A stretch of 64,000 nucleotides of DNA from the NCBI GenBank assembly GCA_963779415.1, contig CAVZYA010000001.1, forward strand, positions 516,519 to 580,518, in the 5' to 3' direction. The DNA comes from an uncultured Acidobacteriota bacterium. GTDB taxonomy: Bacteria > Acidobacteriota > Thermoanaerobaculia > UBA5066. Under the pieces are notes generated by a model, which was not told the origin of the DNA, did no database searches, and worked only from the letters and a program-made list of their open reading frames with translations. Of this stretch, positions 49,208 through 59,267 are shown one piece after another. The position numbers were made by a program, and so were the translations under genes. The stretch's first letter is position 1; each line of letters starts with the position of its first letter.

Positions 49208-50467
49208 ATGGAAGAGAAAACGCTCAGTCGCTCCTGGCGCATCGTCGGGGGCCTCTTCATGAACCTGGCGCTCGGCTCTCTGTATGCCTGGAGCGTCTTC
49301 GTCGCGCCCCTGGAGAAGGAATTCGGGTGGAAGCGGGCGGACACGTCCCTCGTCTTCACCTGGGCCGTCGTCGTCTTCGCGATCGCCTTCATTCTCGCGG
49401 GGCGGCTGCAGGACAAGCTCGGGCCCTTCAGGATCTCTCTCACCGGCTGCATCCTCCTGACGGCGGGTTTCATCCTCTGCATGTGGACCAGCAGCCTGAC
49501 CTATTTGATCATCTGCTTCGGCGTCCTCGTCGGCATCGGGAATGGCTTCGGCTACGCGACGCCGATTCCCGTCATGGCGAAGTGGTTCCCGGACAAGCGA
49601 GGCCTCGCCGTCGGACTGGCCGTGGCCGGCTACGGGGGCGGCTCGGCCATCTTCGGACCGCTCGCGAATCTCTGGCTCATCCCGGCGTTCGGGTGGCGCA
49701 GCACCTTCGTCATCCTCGGAGCGATCTTCTTCGTCATGACGCTCATCGGCTCTTTCCTGCTGAAGAACCCTCCGGTGGGCTACCGGCCGCCGGGATGGAC
49801 GCCCGCCGCCGCGGCCAGGACGACGGCCACGGCCTACGAGTTCTCTCCCGGTGAGATGTGGCGCACCCCGGCGGCGTATTTCATGTGGATCGCGTACGCG
49901 CTGGGCACGTCGGCCGGTCTCATGGTCATAAGCCAGCTCGTCCCCTTCGCCAACAGCATGAAAATCCCGAGCGAGGCGCTGGCGGCGATCACGCTCGTCA
50001 TCGGCGCGGCGGGGAACGCCTCGGGCCGGATCTTCTCGGGGTGGATGTCCGACGCACTCGGACGCCTCAATGTCCTGCGCCTCATGATCGGCATCTCCGC
50101 GGTCGCCATGCCGGTCCTCTACCTTACCGGCGGCAACGTGGGGCTGCTCTACGTCATGGTCTTCGTCGTCTACTGGTGCTACGGCACGCAGCTTTCGGTG
50201 AACGCGTCCACGACGTCCGATTTCTGGGGGACGAAGAACGCCGGGATCAACTACGGCATCCTGTTCACCGCCTGGGGCGTGGCCGGCATCCTGGGACCCC
50301 GGATCGGCGGCGCGTTGTTCGACAAGTACAAGAACTACGAAGCGGCTTTCTTCGTCGCGGCGGGCCTTGCCGTCGTGGCCCTCCTCTTCGAGCTTCTGGC
50401 GAGACGCCCCGCCGCGCCGGTGCAGACCGGCGTGGAGGCGCGACTCGCCGCCGGGGTCAAGGCCTGA
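49208..50467 (+). CDS. MFS transporter, oxalate:formate antiporter (OFA) family (paralog of 6119..7345)
   Basis: 419 aa. Shares the LYAWSV...GRLQDKLGPF...KWFPDKRG motifs with the first copy. Confidence 0.85.
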   Translation: MEEKTLSRSWRIVGGLFMNLALGSLYAWSVFVAPLEKEFGWKRADTSLVFTWAVVVFAIAFILAGRLQDKLGPFRISLTGCILLTAGFILCMWTSSLTYLIICFGVLVGIGNGFGYATPIPVMAKWFPDKRGLAVGLAVAGYGGGSAIFGPLANLWLIPAFGWRSTFVILGAIFFVMTLIGSFLLKNPPVGYRPPGWTPAAAARTTATAYEFSPGEMWRTPAAYFMWIAYALGTSAGLMVISQLVPFANSMKIPSEALAAITLVIGAAGNASGRIFSGWMSDALGRLNVLRLMIGISAVAMPVLYLTGGNVGLLYVMVFVVYWCYGTQLSVNASTTSDFWGTKNAGINYGILFTAWGVAGILGPRIGGALFDKYKNYEAAFFVAAGLAVVALLFELLARRPAAPVQTGVEARLAAGVKA

Positions 50468-50602
50468 TGGAGATCCTGCGGCTGTCGCCCGGGCCGTAGC
50501 CGATCCCGGTGAATCTCCGGACCTCCGCCAAGGTCTGCCGGGCGAAGGCGAGGGCCCGGGCGGCACCTTCTCGGCGTACCGGATCGCTTCGAAGGGCTCC
50601 TT

Positions 50603-51463
50603 CTAGGAAGAAAAGAGAGCGGCGGCGTTTTCGAAGAGGATCTTCCGCTTCACATCGGCCGGAAGCGGGAGCGAGAGAAACTCCTCCACGTTCCGGCGCA
50701 TCGACCGGACCCCCATCGAGGGCCAGTCCGTGCCCCACAGGACCCGGTCGGCAACGTCGCCGAGCCTCGGGAGGACGTCGAGAAGCCTCCTCGGCGGGAT
50801 CCCCGAGACGTCGAGCCGGACGTTCGGATGCCGGCGGACCAGAAAGAAGGCCGTGTCATACCAGAGCGGCCGGCCCGCGTGACAGAGGACGAGGGTCGTC
50901 CCGGGAAAGTCGACCGCCACGTCGTCGCACGGCATCGGGTCGGCGTGGACGTTCCGGGCTCCGGGGAATATGGACGTCCCGGTATGGATCAGGACGGGCC
51001 GCCTCGCTTCGCCGGCCAGCCGGTAGACCTCGGCGAGGGAGGGGCAATCGGTCCTGTAGGCGTTCGCCGCCAGCTCCATGTGCGGGGGGTGGATCTTGAT
51101 CGCGCCGACGCGGTGGACGTCGAGGAGCCTCTTCATCTCCCCGGCGACGTCGCGCGTGTGCCGAGGATGGATTCCGCCGACCGGGACGAGACGGTCGCGG
51201 TGTCCCGCGACGTATCGGGCGATCCAGGGGTTCACGCTCGCCGTGAGGCCCATGACCTCGGGCGAGACGGAGGTGATCAGCGCGGCCCGGGCGATTCCCT
51301 CGGCGTCCATCGCCTTGAGAAGCTCGTCGGCCGACTCGCCCACCCGCGCGACGAGGTCGAGGTCTTCCCGTCCCTCCGTCATCGCCCGCCGGGCCCCTTC
51401 CTTGAGCTGGTCGTTCGGGCCGACGTGGATGTGGGCGTCGAAAACCGGGAATGACGGCGACAC
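50603..51463 (-). CDS. Amidohydrolase-2 family metal-dependent hydrolase (TIM barrel)
   Basis: N-terminal FDAHIHVGP metal-binding HxH, with later conserved H and D residues. 286 aa. Confidence 0.75.
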   Translation of the reverse strand: MSPSFPVFDAHIHVGPNDQLKEGARRAMTEGREDLDLVARVGESADELLKAMDAEGIARAALITSVSPEVMGLTASVNPWIARYVAGHRDRLVPVGGIHPRHTRDVAGEMKRLLDVHRVGAIKIHPPHMELAANAYRTDCPSLAEVYRLAGEARRPVLIHTGTSIFPGARNVHADPMPCDDVAVDFPGTTLVLCHAGRPLWYDTAFFLVRRHPNVRLDVSGIPPRRLLDVLPRLGDVADRVLWGTDWPSMGVRSMRRNVEEFLSLPLPADVKRKILFENAAALFSS

Positions 51464-51548
51464 CCGCGGGATAATAACGAAGCCCGGCCGTCGCTCCTTC
51501 GGTGCTAAGCTGAAGGGGACGGGGGGAAAGGGGACGACTTCCGCGCCG

Positions 51549-54354
51549 ATGCGAACCCTCTTCCTGCCGCCGACCTACCAGGACTCCGCGGAATCGGGTC
51601 GGCTCATCCTGCGCGACGGATCGACGGCATTCATCCGCCCGGCAGAGCCGTCGGACTTCGAAGAGCTGCGGGAGTTCTTTCGCCAGCTCTCGCCCGAGTC
51701 GAAGCGCCGCCGCTTCTTCTCCATCGCCGACCCGGCGAAGGCGCTCCTCGAACGGCAGTGCGATTCCTCCAATCCCCGCGTCCAGCTGACTCTGATCGTC
51801 ATCCGGATCGTGAGCGGCGCCTCGCGGATCATCGCGACCGCCTCCTACGTCGCGCGGGACGAGACGAGCGCCGAGGTCGCCTTCGCGGTCGACGACGAGT
51901 TCCAGGGACGAGGCCTCGGAGGCCTCCTTCTCGAGCGCCTGGCCCTCATCGCCGCCCGGTACGGCTTTGTCCGCTTCTGGGCCGTGACGCGTCTCGAGAA
52001 CGCCCTGATGCTCGACACGTTCCGCCGCTCGGGCTTCCCGCTCCACACGAAGGTCGAGGACGAGTGTGTCGAGATCGACTTCTCCGTCGCCCAGAGCGAG
52101 GACAGCGTCAGTCACTCGGAGTCGCGGGACCGTCTCTTCACCACGGCCTCGCTCCACCCCCTGTTCCGTCCCCGCGCCGTCGCCCTCATCGGCGCCTCAC
52201 GCGACGTCTCCAGCATCGGCTGGCGCATCCTCGACGGGCTCGTTCAGAGCGGCTTTCACGGCCCGGTCTACGCGGTGAACCCGAATGCGACGCACGTCCA
52301 CTCGCTGCCGGCCTACTCTTCGGCCCGCGAGATCCCGAAGGGGACCGATCTCGCCATCGTGGCGATCCCGCGCGAGGGCGTGCTGGATGCCGTGGACGAT
52401 TGCGCCGCCGCCGGCGTCCGCGCCCTCGTCGTCGTCACGGTCGGCTTTCTGGACAGCTATTCCGGAGGACGTGACCTGCAGGAGAAGCTCCTCGAGAGGG
52501 TTCGCGGCCACGGGATGCGCCTCGTCGGTCCCAACTCGATGGGCGTCGTCAACACCGATCCGGAGATCCGGCTCAACGCCTCGGTCTCCCCCGTCCTGCC
52601 TCCACGCGGGAGCGTGGCGATGTCGTCCCAGAGCGGCGTCCTCGGCATGGCGATGCTGGCTCTCGCGCGGCAGCGCCATGTCGGCGTCTCGACCTTCATC
52701 AGCGTCGGCAACAAGGCCGACATCTCCGGCAACGACCTTCTGCAGTACTGGCAGGGGGACGATGCGACACGCGTCATCCTTCTCTATCTGGAGTCCTTCG
52801 GAAATCCGCGCCGCTTCGCCCGGATCGCGCGGGTCGTGAGCCGGGAAAAGCCGATCGTCGTCGTGAAGGCGGGACCGGCCCCGGAGCCCGCCCGATCCGC
52901 CGCCGCGACGCTCGTCGCGGGCGAAGCCGTCGTGAACGCGCTCTTCCGTCAGACGGGGGTCATCCGGGCCGACACGCTGGACGAGATGTTCGACCTCGCG
53001 GCCGCTCTCGACCGGCAGCCTCTTCCGGCAGGGCGCCGCGTCGCGATCCTCTCGGACGGGAGCGGTCCCGGCATCCTCTGCGCGGGCGCCTGCGAGGCGG
53101 CCCGTCTGACCGTGCCGCCGCTCTCGGAGACGACGGCGGAGCGGCTCGCGACTTTCCTCCCCTCCGGCACGCCGATCGGCAACCCCCTGGAGCTCGTCTT
53201 CTCGCCGACTCCGGAGCCGTACCGGCAAGCCCTCGAGACGCTCCTCAAGGCTCCCGAAGTGGACGCCCTCATCGCGATTCACACGCCGCTCGACGAGAGC
53301 GGTTCGGAGGCCATGGTGGAGGCGATCCGGCAGGGAGCCGCGGCGGCGCGCGCCTCGGGAGGCGACGGCAAGCCGGTCCTCGCGTGCCTCCTCGCGAAGG
53401 AGGACGCCGGTGCGCCGGTGGTTCTCGGAGAGTCGAGCATTCCGACGTATGCGTTTCCGGAGTCGGCCGCGCGGGTTCTCGGGAAGGTGGCCGCTTACGC
53501 GGAGTGGCGCGCCGGCTCCGCACGGGGTCATTCCCGACTTCGACGACATCGACCCGGCGGCCGCCCGTTCGATCTGCCGGAAAGCGATCGAGGAGCGCGG
53601 AGCCGGACCTCTCACTTCGGACGAGGCGAGGGCGGTCCTTCAGGCCATGCACCTTCCCGTCGCTCCGGGCGGGGTCGCCCGGACGCCCGACGAGGCCGTG
53701 GCGCTCGCCCGGGGAATCGGATTTCCCGTCGCCGTCAAGCTCGCTTCTCCCCGGATCCGCCAGAAGACCGAGAAGGGAGCCGTTCACCTGAACGTGGAGG
53801 AGGAGATCGGGGTCCGGCTGGCTTTCGGGGCGATCCGAAAGACGAGGGAAGCGGATCACAACCCGGAGGCGATGGAGGGAGTGCTGGTCCAGCCGATGGC
53901 CGGAACCGACGTCGAGGTGATGGTGAGAGTCGTGGAGGACCCTCTCTTCGGGCCTCTCGTCGTCTTCGGTCTGGGCGGGATCCACGTCGAGGTGATCGCC
54001 GATGCGGGTCTGCGCGTGACGCCGCTGACCGATCGCGCCGCCCAGGCGATGGTCCGGGAGATCCGGGGTTATTCCCTCCTCGAGGGGTACCGGGGGCATC
54101 CTCCCGCCGACGTTTCGGCCATCCACGACGTCCTTCTGCGCGTCTCTCGCCTCGTCGAAGAGGTCCCCGACATCTCGGAGGTCGATCTGAGCCCGATCTT
54201 CGTCGGGCCCCCCGGCGGAGGGTGCTACATCTTCGACTCGCGAATCGACGTGGCTCTCCCCCGGAAGGACCGGGCGGCCCGCTACACCGTTCCCCCCCTT
54301 CCCGTCGTCCGCAAGGAAGCGGTCGCCATCTCCCCCGCCGAGGCGCCGAGGTAG
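51549..54354 (+). CDS. Pat-like protein: N-terminal GNAT acetyltransferase fused to an NDP-forming acyl-CoA synthetase-like module; frameshift near 53520
   Basis: GNAT motif (AFAVDDEFQGRGLGGLLLERLALIAARYGF), CoA-binding domain (AVALIGASRDVSSIGWRIL) and ligase-CoA domain. The ATP-grasp continues in ORF 53410-54354 (another frame). Confidence 0.7.
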
Positions 54355-54366
54355 CGAGGAGCTTTC

Positions 54367-54813
54367 ATGACCGATTTCCCTGACCACGACTGGCTCTGCC
54401 GGAGAATCGTCGAAGACTCCCCGGTGGCGATTCTTTTTGCCGACCGGGAAGGAACGATCCGCCTCTGGAACGCGGGGGCCGAGGCGATGTTCGGCTACCT
54501 GGCAGACGAGGCGCTCGGCCAGTCGATGGACCTGATCATCCCAGAGCGCCAGAGGCCCCGGCACTGGGAAGGCTGGAAGAAGGTGATGGCGACCGGAGTC
54601 ACGCGGTACGGCCGCGAGGTGCTGGCGGTTCCGGCCATGCGAAAGGACGGCTCGCGAATCTCCATCGAGTTCAATATCCTCCTGCTGCGGACGGGCGACG
54701 GCGGGATCCCGGGCGCGGCCGCCCTGATTCAGGACGTGACGGCCCGGTGGCAGCGAGAGAAAGAGATGAAGGCGCGCCTCGCGGCCCTCGAAGCCGGGGC
54801 GCGGGAGGGCTGA
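54367..54813 (+). CDS. Stand-alone PAS domain protein
   Basis: ...SPVAILFADREGTIRLWNAGAEAMFGY...ALGQSMDLIIPE... typical PAS core. 148 aa. Confidence 0.7.
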   Translation: MTDFPDHDWLCRRIVEDSPVAILFADREGTIRLWNAGAEAMFGYLADEALGQSMDLIIPERQRPRHWEGWKKVMATGVTRYGREVLAVPAMRKDGSRISIEFNILLLRTGDGGIPGAAALIQDVTARWQREKEMKARLAALEAGAREG

Positions 54814-54814
54814 G

Positions 54815-55552
54815 ATGGATTTTCGGCGGGTGAACGATCTGAAGGCGCCGGACGGCCATGACATTCCGGCCTTTCTTCTCGCGCCAGCCTCGCCGCGCGG
54901 CGGCGCCGTCGTCTGTCACGGCTACGGGGGGTCGAAGGAGCAGATGCTCGGAATCGCGACGAGCATCGCCGAGAAGGGCGCCGCCGCGCTCGCGATCGAC
55001 CTCTGCGGACACGGCGAGAACAGGGCGCCGATCGGCCCGGCCATGCGCGAAGAGCTGGAGGCGGCCGTCGCCTTCGCCCGGCGGTTCGGCCGGACGGGCG
55101 CCATCGGCCACAGCCTGGGGGGAAGGCTGGCGCTCATGTCGTCGGCGGACGTCATGGTGGCGATGTCGCCGTCCGTCATGGTGCAAATGTCTCCCCAAGG
55201 GAAGTGGATGTTCGAGAACCTCCCGAGCCCCGGCGTCCGCGAGCCCTATTCCGGCTACGTCCTCGAGCTGCTGGAGAAGCTGGGACCGGTTCCGCCGCAC
55301 GGGCGCCCCTGCCTTCTCCTCTACTCCGAAAGGGACATCCAGGGGCTTCTGGACGGCGCGGCGGGCCTCCTCTCCCAGCTCTCCGGTGCCGAGAAGCAGC
55401 TCGTCACCCAGGACATCCGTCCCGACGTGCAGCACGAGAGCGGCCTGGTCCGGTACCTGCCGCGCTGGTTCAACCACATCGAGCTCAAGTCCAACGCTTC
55501 GGCTTCCGCCACGGCGGGCTCCTGGCTCGCCGGTCGCCTCGCCGGAGCCTGA
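54815..55552 (+). CDS. Alpha/beta hydrolase (dienelactone hydrolase-like)
   Basis: VVCHGYGGSKEQ...nucleophile elbow GHSLGG...later His. 245 aa. Confidence 0.7.
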   Translation: MDFRRVNDLKAPDGHDIPAFLLAPASPRGGAVVCHGYGGSKEQMLGIATSIAEKGAAALAIDLCGHGENRAPIGPAMREELEAAVAFARRFGRTGAIGHSLGGRLALMSSADVMVAMSPSVMVQMSPQGKWMFENLPSPGVREPYSGYVLELLEKLGPVPPHGRPCLLLYSERDIQGLLDGAAGLLSQLSGAEKQLVTQDIRPDVQHESGLVRYLPRWFNHIELKSNASASATAGSWLAGRLAGA

Positions 55553-55574
55553 GGGGCTCGGAAAGGTGCACGGA

Positions 55575-56351
55575 ATGACGTACGAGAACCTCACCTTCGA
55601 AACGGAGGGCCCGATCGCCGTCGTGACGCTCAATCGCCCGACCCGGCGAAACGCCCTTTCGCTGGGGCTCATGCGGGAGCTTCTCGACTGTCTGACGGAG
55701 ATCGGCCGAGACCGGCAGCTCCGCACCGTGATCCTCGCCGCCGCCGGGAAGGTCTACAGCTCGGGACACGATCTCTCCGAGCTGGTCGGGAGGGACCTCA
55801 ACGCCTACCGGGAGATCTTCGACGTCTGCGCCGACCTGATGACGAGGATCCAGGCGATTCCGCAGCCCGTCATCGCGGAAGTCCAGGGAGTCGCCACCGC
55901 GGCCGGCTGCCAGCTCGTGGCGACGTGCGACATCGCGGTGGCGGCCGAAGAGGCCTGGTTCGCCACGCCGGGCGTCAAGACCGGGCTATTCTGCACGACG
56001 CCGATGGTCGCGCTCTCCCGGGCGATCGGGCGCAAGCGCGCGCTCCAGATGCTCCTGACCGGAGATCCGGTCGACTCGAAGACGGCGGCCGAATGGGGAC
56101 TCGTCAACAGCGTCGTCCCCGCGGGGTCGCTCCGCGCCGAGACGCGGAAGCTCGCGGCGAAGATCGCCGAGGCGAGCCCCGTCACGGTCGCCATCGGAAA
56201 GCAGGCCTTTTACTCGCAGATCGACCTCGATCAGCCGAAAGCCTATGCCTACGCAAAGGAGATCATGGCGATGAACTCCCTAGCGATGGACGCCCAGGAG
56301 GGAATCTCAGCGTTCCTCGGAAAGAGGGCGGCCTCCTGGACGGGACGATAG
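55575..56351 (+). CDS. Enoyl-CoA hydratase/isomerase (crotonase) family protein
   Basis: ...PIAVVTLNRPTRRNAL...AAGKVYSSGHDLSE...AEVQGVATAAGCQL... crotonase fold motifs. 258 aa. Confidence 0.85.
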   Translation: MTYENLTFETEGPIAVVTLNRPTRRNALSLGLMRELLDCLTEIGRDRQLRTVILAAAGKVYSSGHDLSELVGRDLNAYREIFDVCADLMTRIQAIPQPVIAEVQGVATAAGCQLVATCDIAVAAEEAWFATPGVKTGLFCTTPMVALSRAIGRKRALQMLLTGDPVDSKTAAEWGLVNSVVPAGSLRAETRKLAAKIAEASPVTVAIGKQAFYSQIDLDQPKAYAYAKEIMAMNSLAMDAQEGISAFLGKRAASWTGR

Positions 56352-56366
56352 AAAGGAGACACTTCG

Positions 56367-56672
56367 ATGGTCACGTTCGAGTACCGGTTCGACGTCCTCC
56401 CCGGAAAGCTGCGGGACTACGAGAGGCATACGAAGGGCGCCGGAAAGGACATCTGGCTGAGGTTCCGCGGAGTCAAGACCGTCCGGGTCTACAAGAGCAT
56501 GCTCGGCGGGTCGTCGCCGCAGCGCGTGGTCCAGGTCGACCTGGAGAGCCTCGCGGCGCTCGAGAAGATCCTGACCGACCCGGGCTTCCGGAAGGTCAAG
56601 GAGAACTTCCACAAGATCGTCACGAACGTCACGGACTCGCTTCTCGTCCAGGTGAGCGAAAAGAAGAAGTAG
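56367..56672 (+). CDS. Hypothetical small protein (101 aa), possibly a Dabb/ferredoxin-like fold
   Basis: RBS AAAGGAG 8 nt upstream. Coding-like composition. Confidence 0.45.
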   Translation: MVTFEYRFDVLPGKLRDYERHTKGAGKDIWLRFRGVKTVRVYKSMLGGSSPQRVVQVDLESLAALEKILTDPGFRKVKENFHKIVTNVTDSLLVQVSEKKK

Positions 56673-56678
56673 CCGCGG

Positions 56679-57191
56679 TTACGGGCGCGGCTTCTTTCCC
56701 GTCGGGCGCGGGCGTCGCCTGACGCCCGCGCCCGACGAGAGCGCCCGGACGACGGCGCCCCAGTTGTCGAACCACGTTTCGAACGCGGCCCGGAGCTGGG
56801 ATCGTCCCTGCTCGTCGGCCGCGGCGCGCAGGGCCTCCACCACCGCGGCCGTGGACGGGCGAAGGCGGCGTTCGCCCTTCCGGGTCAGCGCCACGTGGAC
56901 GAAACGGCGATCCGTCGCGGAGCGCGTCGTGCGAACCAGACCGGCCCGCTCCATCCGCCGGACGAGGGCGGAGGTCGTGTTCATCGTGCCGAACGTCTGG
57001 CGCGCCAGATCGCCGATCGTCAGAGGGACCCCCGAGGGGTTGCCGGCCAGCGTCAGGAGGACGAACTGCTGGGCGGAGGTGAGTCCGCCGTCGGTCGGTT
57101 CGGTCGTGATCGTCCGGCGAACCGACTCGAAGAACCGCCTCAGGTGGGCCATCGAGCGGTAGATTTCCGCGAGGCGCCGCTGCGTGGTCAT
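56679..57191 (-). CDS. MarR family transcriptional regulator
   Basis: Winged-helix motif LTSAQQFVLLTLAGNPSGVPLTIGDLARQTFGTMNTTSALVRRMERAGLVRT...DRR. Confidence 0.8.
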   Translation of the reverse strand: MTTQRRLAEIYRSMAHLRRFFESVRRTITTEPTDGGLTSAQQFVLLTLAGNPSGVPLTIGDLARQTFGTMNTTSALVRRMERAGLVRTTRSATDRRFVHVALTRKGERRLRPSTAAVVEALRAAADEQGRSQLRAAFETWFDNWGAVVRALSSGAGVRRRPRPTGKKPRP

Positions 57192-57352
57192 TACGCGCGA
57201 TTATAGGGAGGAGGGACCGGGCGATTCCGCTTGACTCGGGGCGGCACCGGACACCTAAAATCATTCCACGTGACGAACAGTCGACGACACGTACTATTCG
57301 GCCCACAGCCCGACACGGGACTCCTCGCCGGAGAGGAATCCCCTTTCGTGTC

Positions 57353-58264
57353 GTGATGGCTCTCCCCGCTCTTCTCGCGCCCGCCGGAAGTCCCGCGGCC
57401 GTCCGCGCGGCGCTCGACGCGGGGGCCGACGCCGTCTACGTCGGCCTCAAGGGCTGGAGCCGGGGGGGCTCCCGAGGCGAGCTCGACTGGGACGAGCTGG
57501 TCTCCTCCCGGAGCGAGGCCGCCGCGGCGGGGCGGAGCCTTCAGGTGGCGCTCAACATCATCCCCAAGGCCCCGGAGCGCGCCCGGCTCTTCGAGCGAAT
57601 CCCCGCGCTCCTCGATCTGGGGATTCGAGAAGTCATCGTCAACGACATCGGGATTCTCGCCACGCTGCGCCGCGACTTTCCGGACCTTCTCCTGACGGCC
57701 AGCATCGGCTGCGGGGCACGGACGGCCGCGGACGTCGCGTTCTTCCGGGATCTGGGCGCCGACGCCGTCGTCCTGCCGGGGACGTTGAGCCCCGCGGAGA
57801 TGAACGAGATCCGGAGCGTCCGGGGGATCTCGATCGAGATCATGATCCACATGGTCGAGGAGTTCGTCCTCCTCGGAAAGTGCTGGATGCCGAGCTACGT
57901 GAGCCTGAAGCCGTCGCGGCTTCCGGACGCCGGGGGGCTTCGGCAGACCGGAAGCATGAAGCGAGGGGGCGTCGGGGCCTGCTTCCGGGTCTGTCAGGAG
58001 CCATGGGAGCTCTACGCCTGCGGGCGGCACCTCGAGACGCGCTTCCTTCCGGGACGACAGATCAGCCGGATTTCCGAGGTCCAGACCTTCGCGGACGCGG
58101 GCGTGGACGTCCTGAAGCTCCAGGGGCGGAGTCTTCCCCCGGAGCTTCTCGCGCCTCTCGTCCGGAGCTACCGGGAGGCGATCGACGCCCGGGACGTTCC
58201 GGCCACGGATGAAGAGATCGCTTCGCCGGCCCTGCCGGCGGCCTGGACGGTGGTCGGACGATGA
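57353..58264 (+). CDS. Peptidase U32 family protein (paralog 1 of 3)
   Basis: Canonical U32 N-terminus ALLAPAGSPAAVRAALDAGADAVYVG. Cys-rich central region (GKCWM...GACFRVC...YAC). Confidence 0.8.
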   Translation: MMALPALLAPAGSPAAVRAALDAGADAVYVGLKGWSRGGSRGELDWDELVSSRSEAAAAGRSLQVALNIIPKAPERARLFERIPALLDLGIREVIVNDIGILATLRRDFPDLLLTASIGCGARTAADVAFFRDLGADAVVLPGTLSPAEMNEIRSVRGISIEIMIHMVEEFVLLGKCWMPSYVSLKPSRLPDAGGLRQTGSMKRGGVGACFRVCQEPWELYACGRHLETRFLPGRQISRISEVQTFADAGVDVLKLQGRSLPPELLAPLVRSYREAIDARDVPATDEEIASPALPAAWTVVGR

Positions 58265-59244
58265 CGGCGACTGGCAAATCAGGAGGAGCATTGAGCTCGT
58301 TCGAGCTGAACACGACGATCGCGAACCTCCGGGACCTCCGTGAGTCGGACCTGACCGACTACGACGGGATCTACCTGGGCGACATCTACTGCCGGCTCTA
58401 CGAAGCGAACTTCCTCGAGCAGCTCGGAGACCTCAGGGAAGGGCTCCGCATCCTGCGGGATCAGGGGAAGCGCGCCTACGTGACGACCTACGCCGGGCCA
58501 CGCAACGACTTCCTTCCCAAGGTGATGAGGATGCTGGAAGCCGCCGCCGCGGCGGGAGCCGAGGCGGTCGAGATCCACAACATGGGGATCCTGCGGATGG
58601 CTCACGAGTCGTTCCCGGGGCTCCCGTTGCACGTCGGCGGCTTCGCGAACGTCTACACCGCCGCGGGCGCCGAGGTCCTGCGCGGTCTCGGGGCCGTGCG
58701 GTTTACGCCCAACTACGAGCTGAGCCTGGACGAGATCCGGGAGATGACGGACGCCGGCGCCGCTCCCATGGAGCTCCTCGTGCACGGGAAGATGCCTCTC
58801 GGGATCTCGGACTACTGCTTCCTCCTGGAATACGAGGAGAAGTGGGGCATCAAGTGTCCCGACCTCTGCCAGAAGGAGCTGTTCCTCAAGCAGGGCGAGT
58901 GGGCCATGAAGTCGCTCGGGAAGGGGATCCTGAGCGGCAAGGACGTCTGCATGCTGGAGCACCTGCCGCGTCTCCTCTCCGAGGGCCACCGGCACTTCCG
59001 GATCGAGGCCATTTCGGAGAGCCCTGCGTACCGGCGCGAGGTCGCGGCGGTCTACCGCGCGGCGCTCCAGGGGGCCGCCGGCGGCGAGGGCGAGGTCGAC
59101 GAAGCCTGGTGGGAGACGTTGCGGCGCCATGCGAGGATCGGTCTATGCAACGGGTTCTATTTCGGCAAGAGCGGAATGGACTATTCGGGAATCCGGCCGG
59201 GGGCGATGGGGTCCCTTCCGACGATCTCCCGTCTGGAATCCTAG
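58261..59244 (+). CDS. Peptidase U32 family protein (paralog 2 of 3, divergent N-terminus)
   Basis: Start overlaps the upstream stop. DGIYLGDIYC and Cys-containing segments (DYCFLL, KCPDLCQKE) in the U32 TIM-barrel-like region. Confidence 0.7.
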   Translation: MTATGKSGGALSSFELNTTIANLRDLRESDLTDYDGIYLGDIYCRLYEANFLEQLGDLREGLRILRDQGKRAYVTTYAGPRNDFLPKVMRMLEAAAAAGAEAVEIHNMGILRMAHESFPGLPLHVGGFANVYTAAGAEVLRGLGAVRFTPNYELSLDEIREMTDAGAAPMELLVHGKMPLGISDYCFLLEYEEKWGIKCPDLCQKELFLKQGEWAMKSLGKGILSGKDVCMLEHLPRLLSEGHRHFRIEAISESPAYRREVAAVYRAALQGAAGGEGEVDEAWWETLRRHARIGLCNGFYFGKSGMDYSGIRPGAMGSLPTISRLES

Positions 59245-59267
59245 AAAGGGTCGAGGAGGGCGGAGTC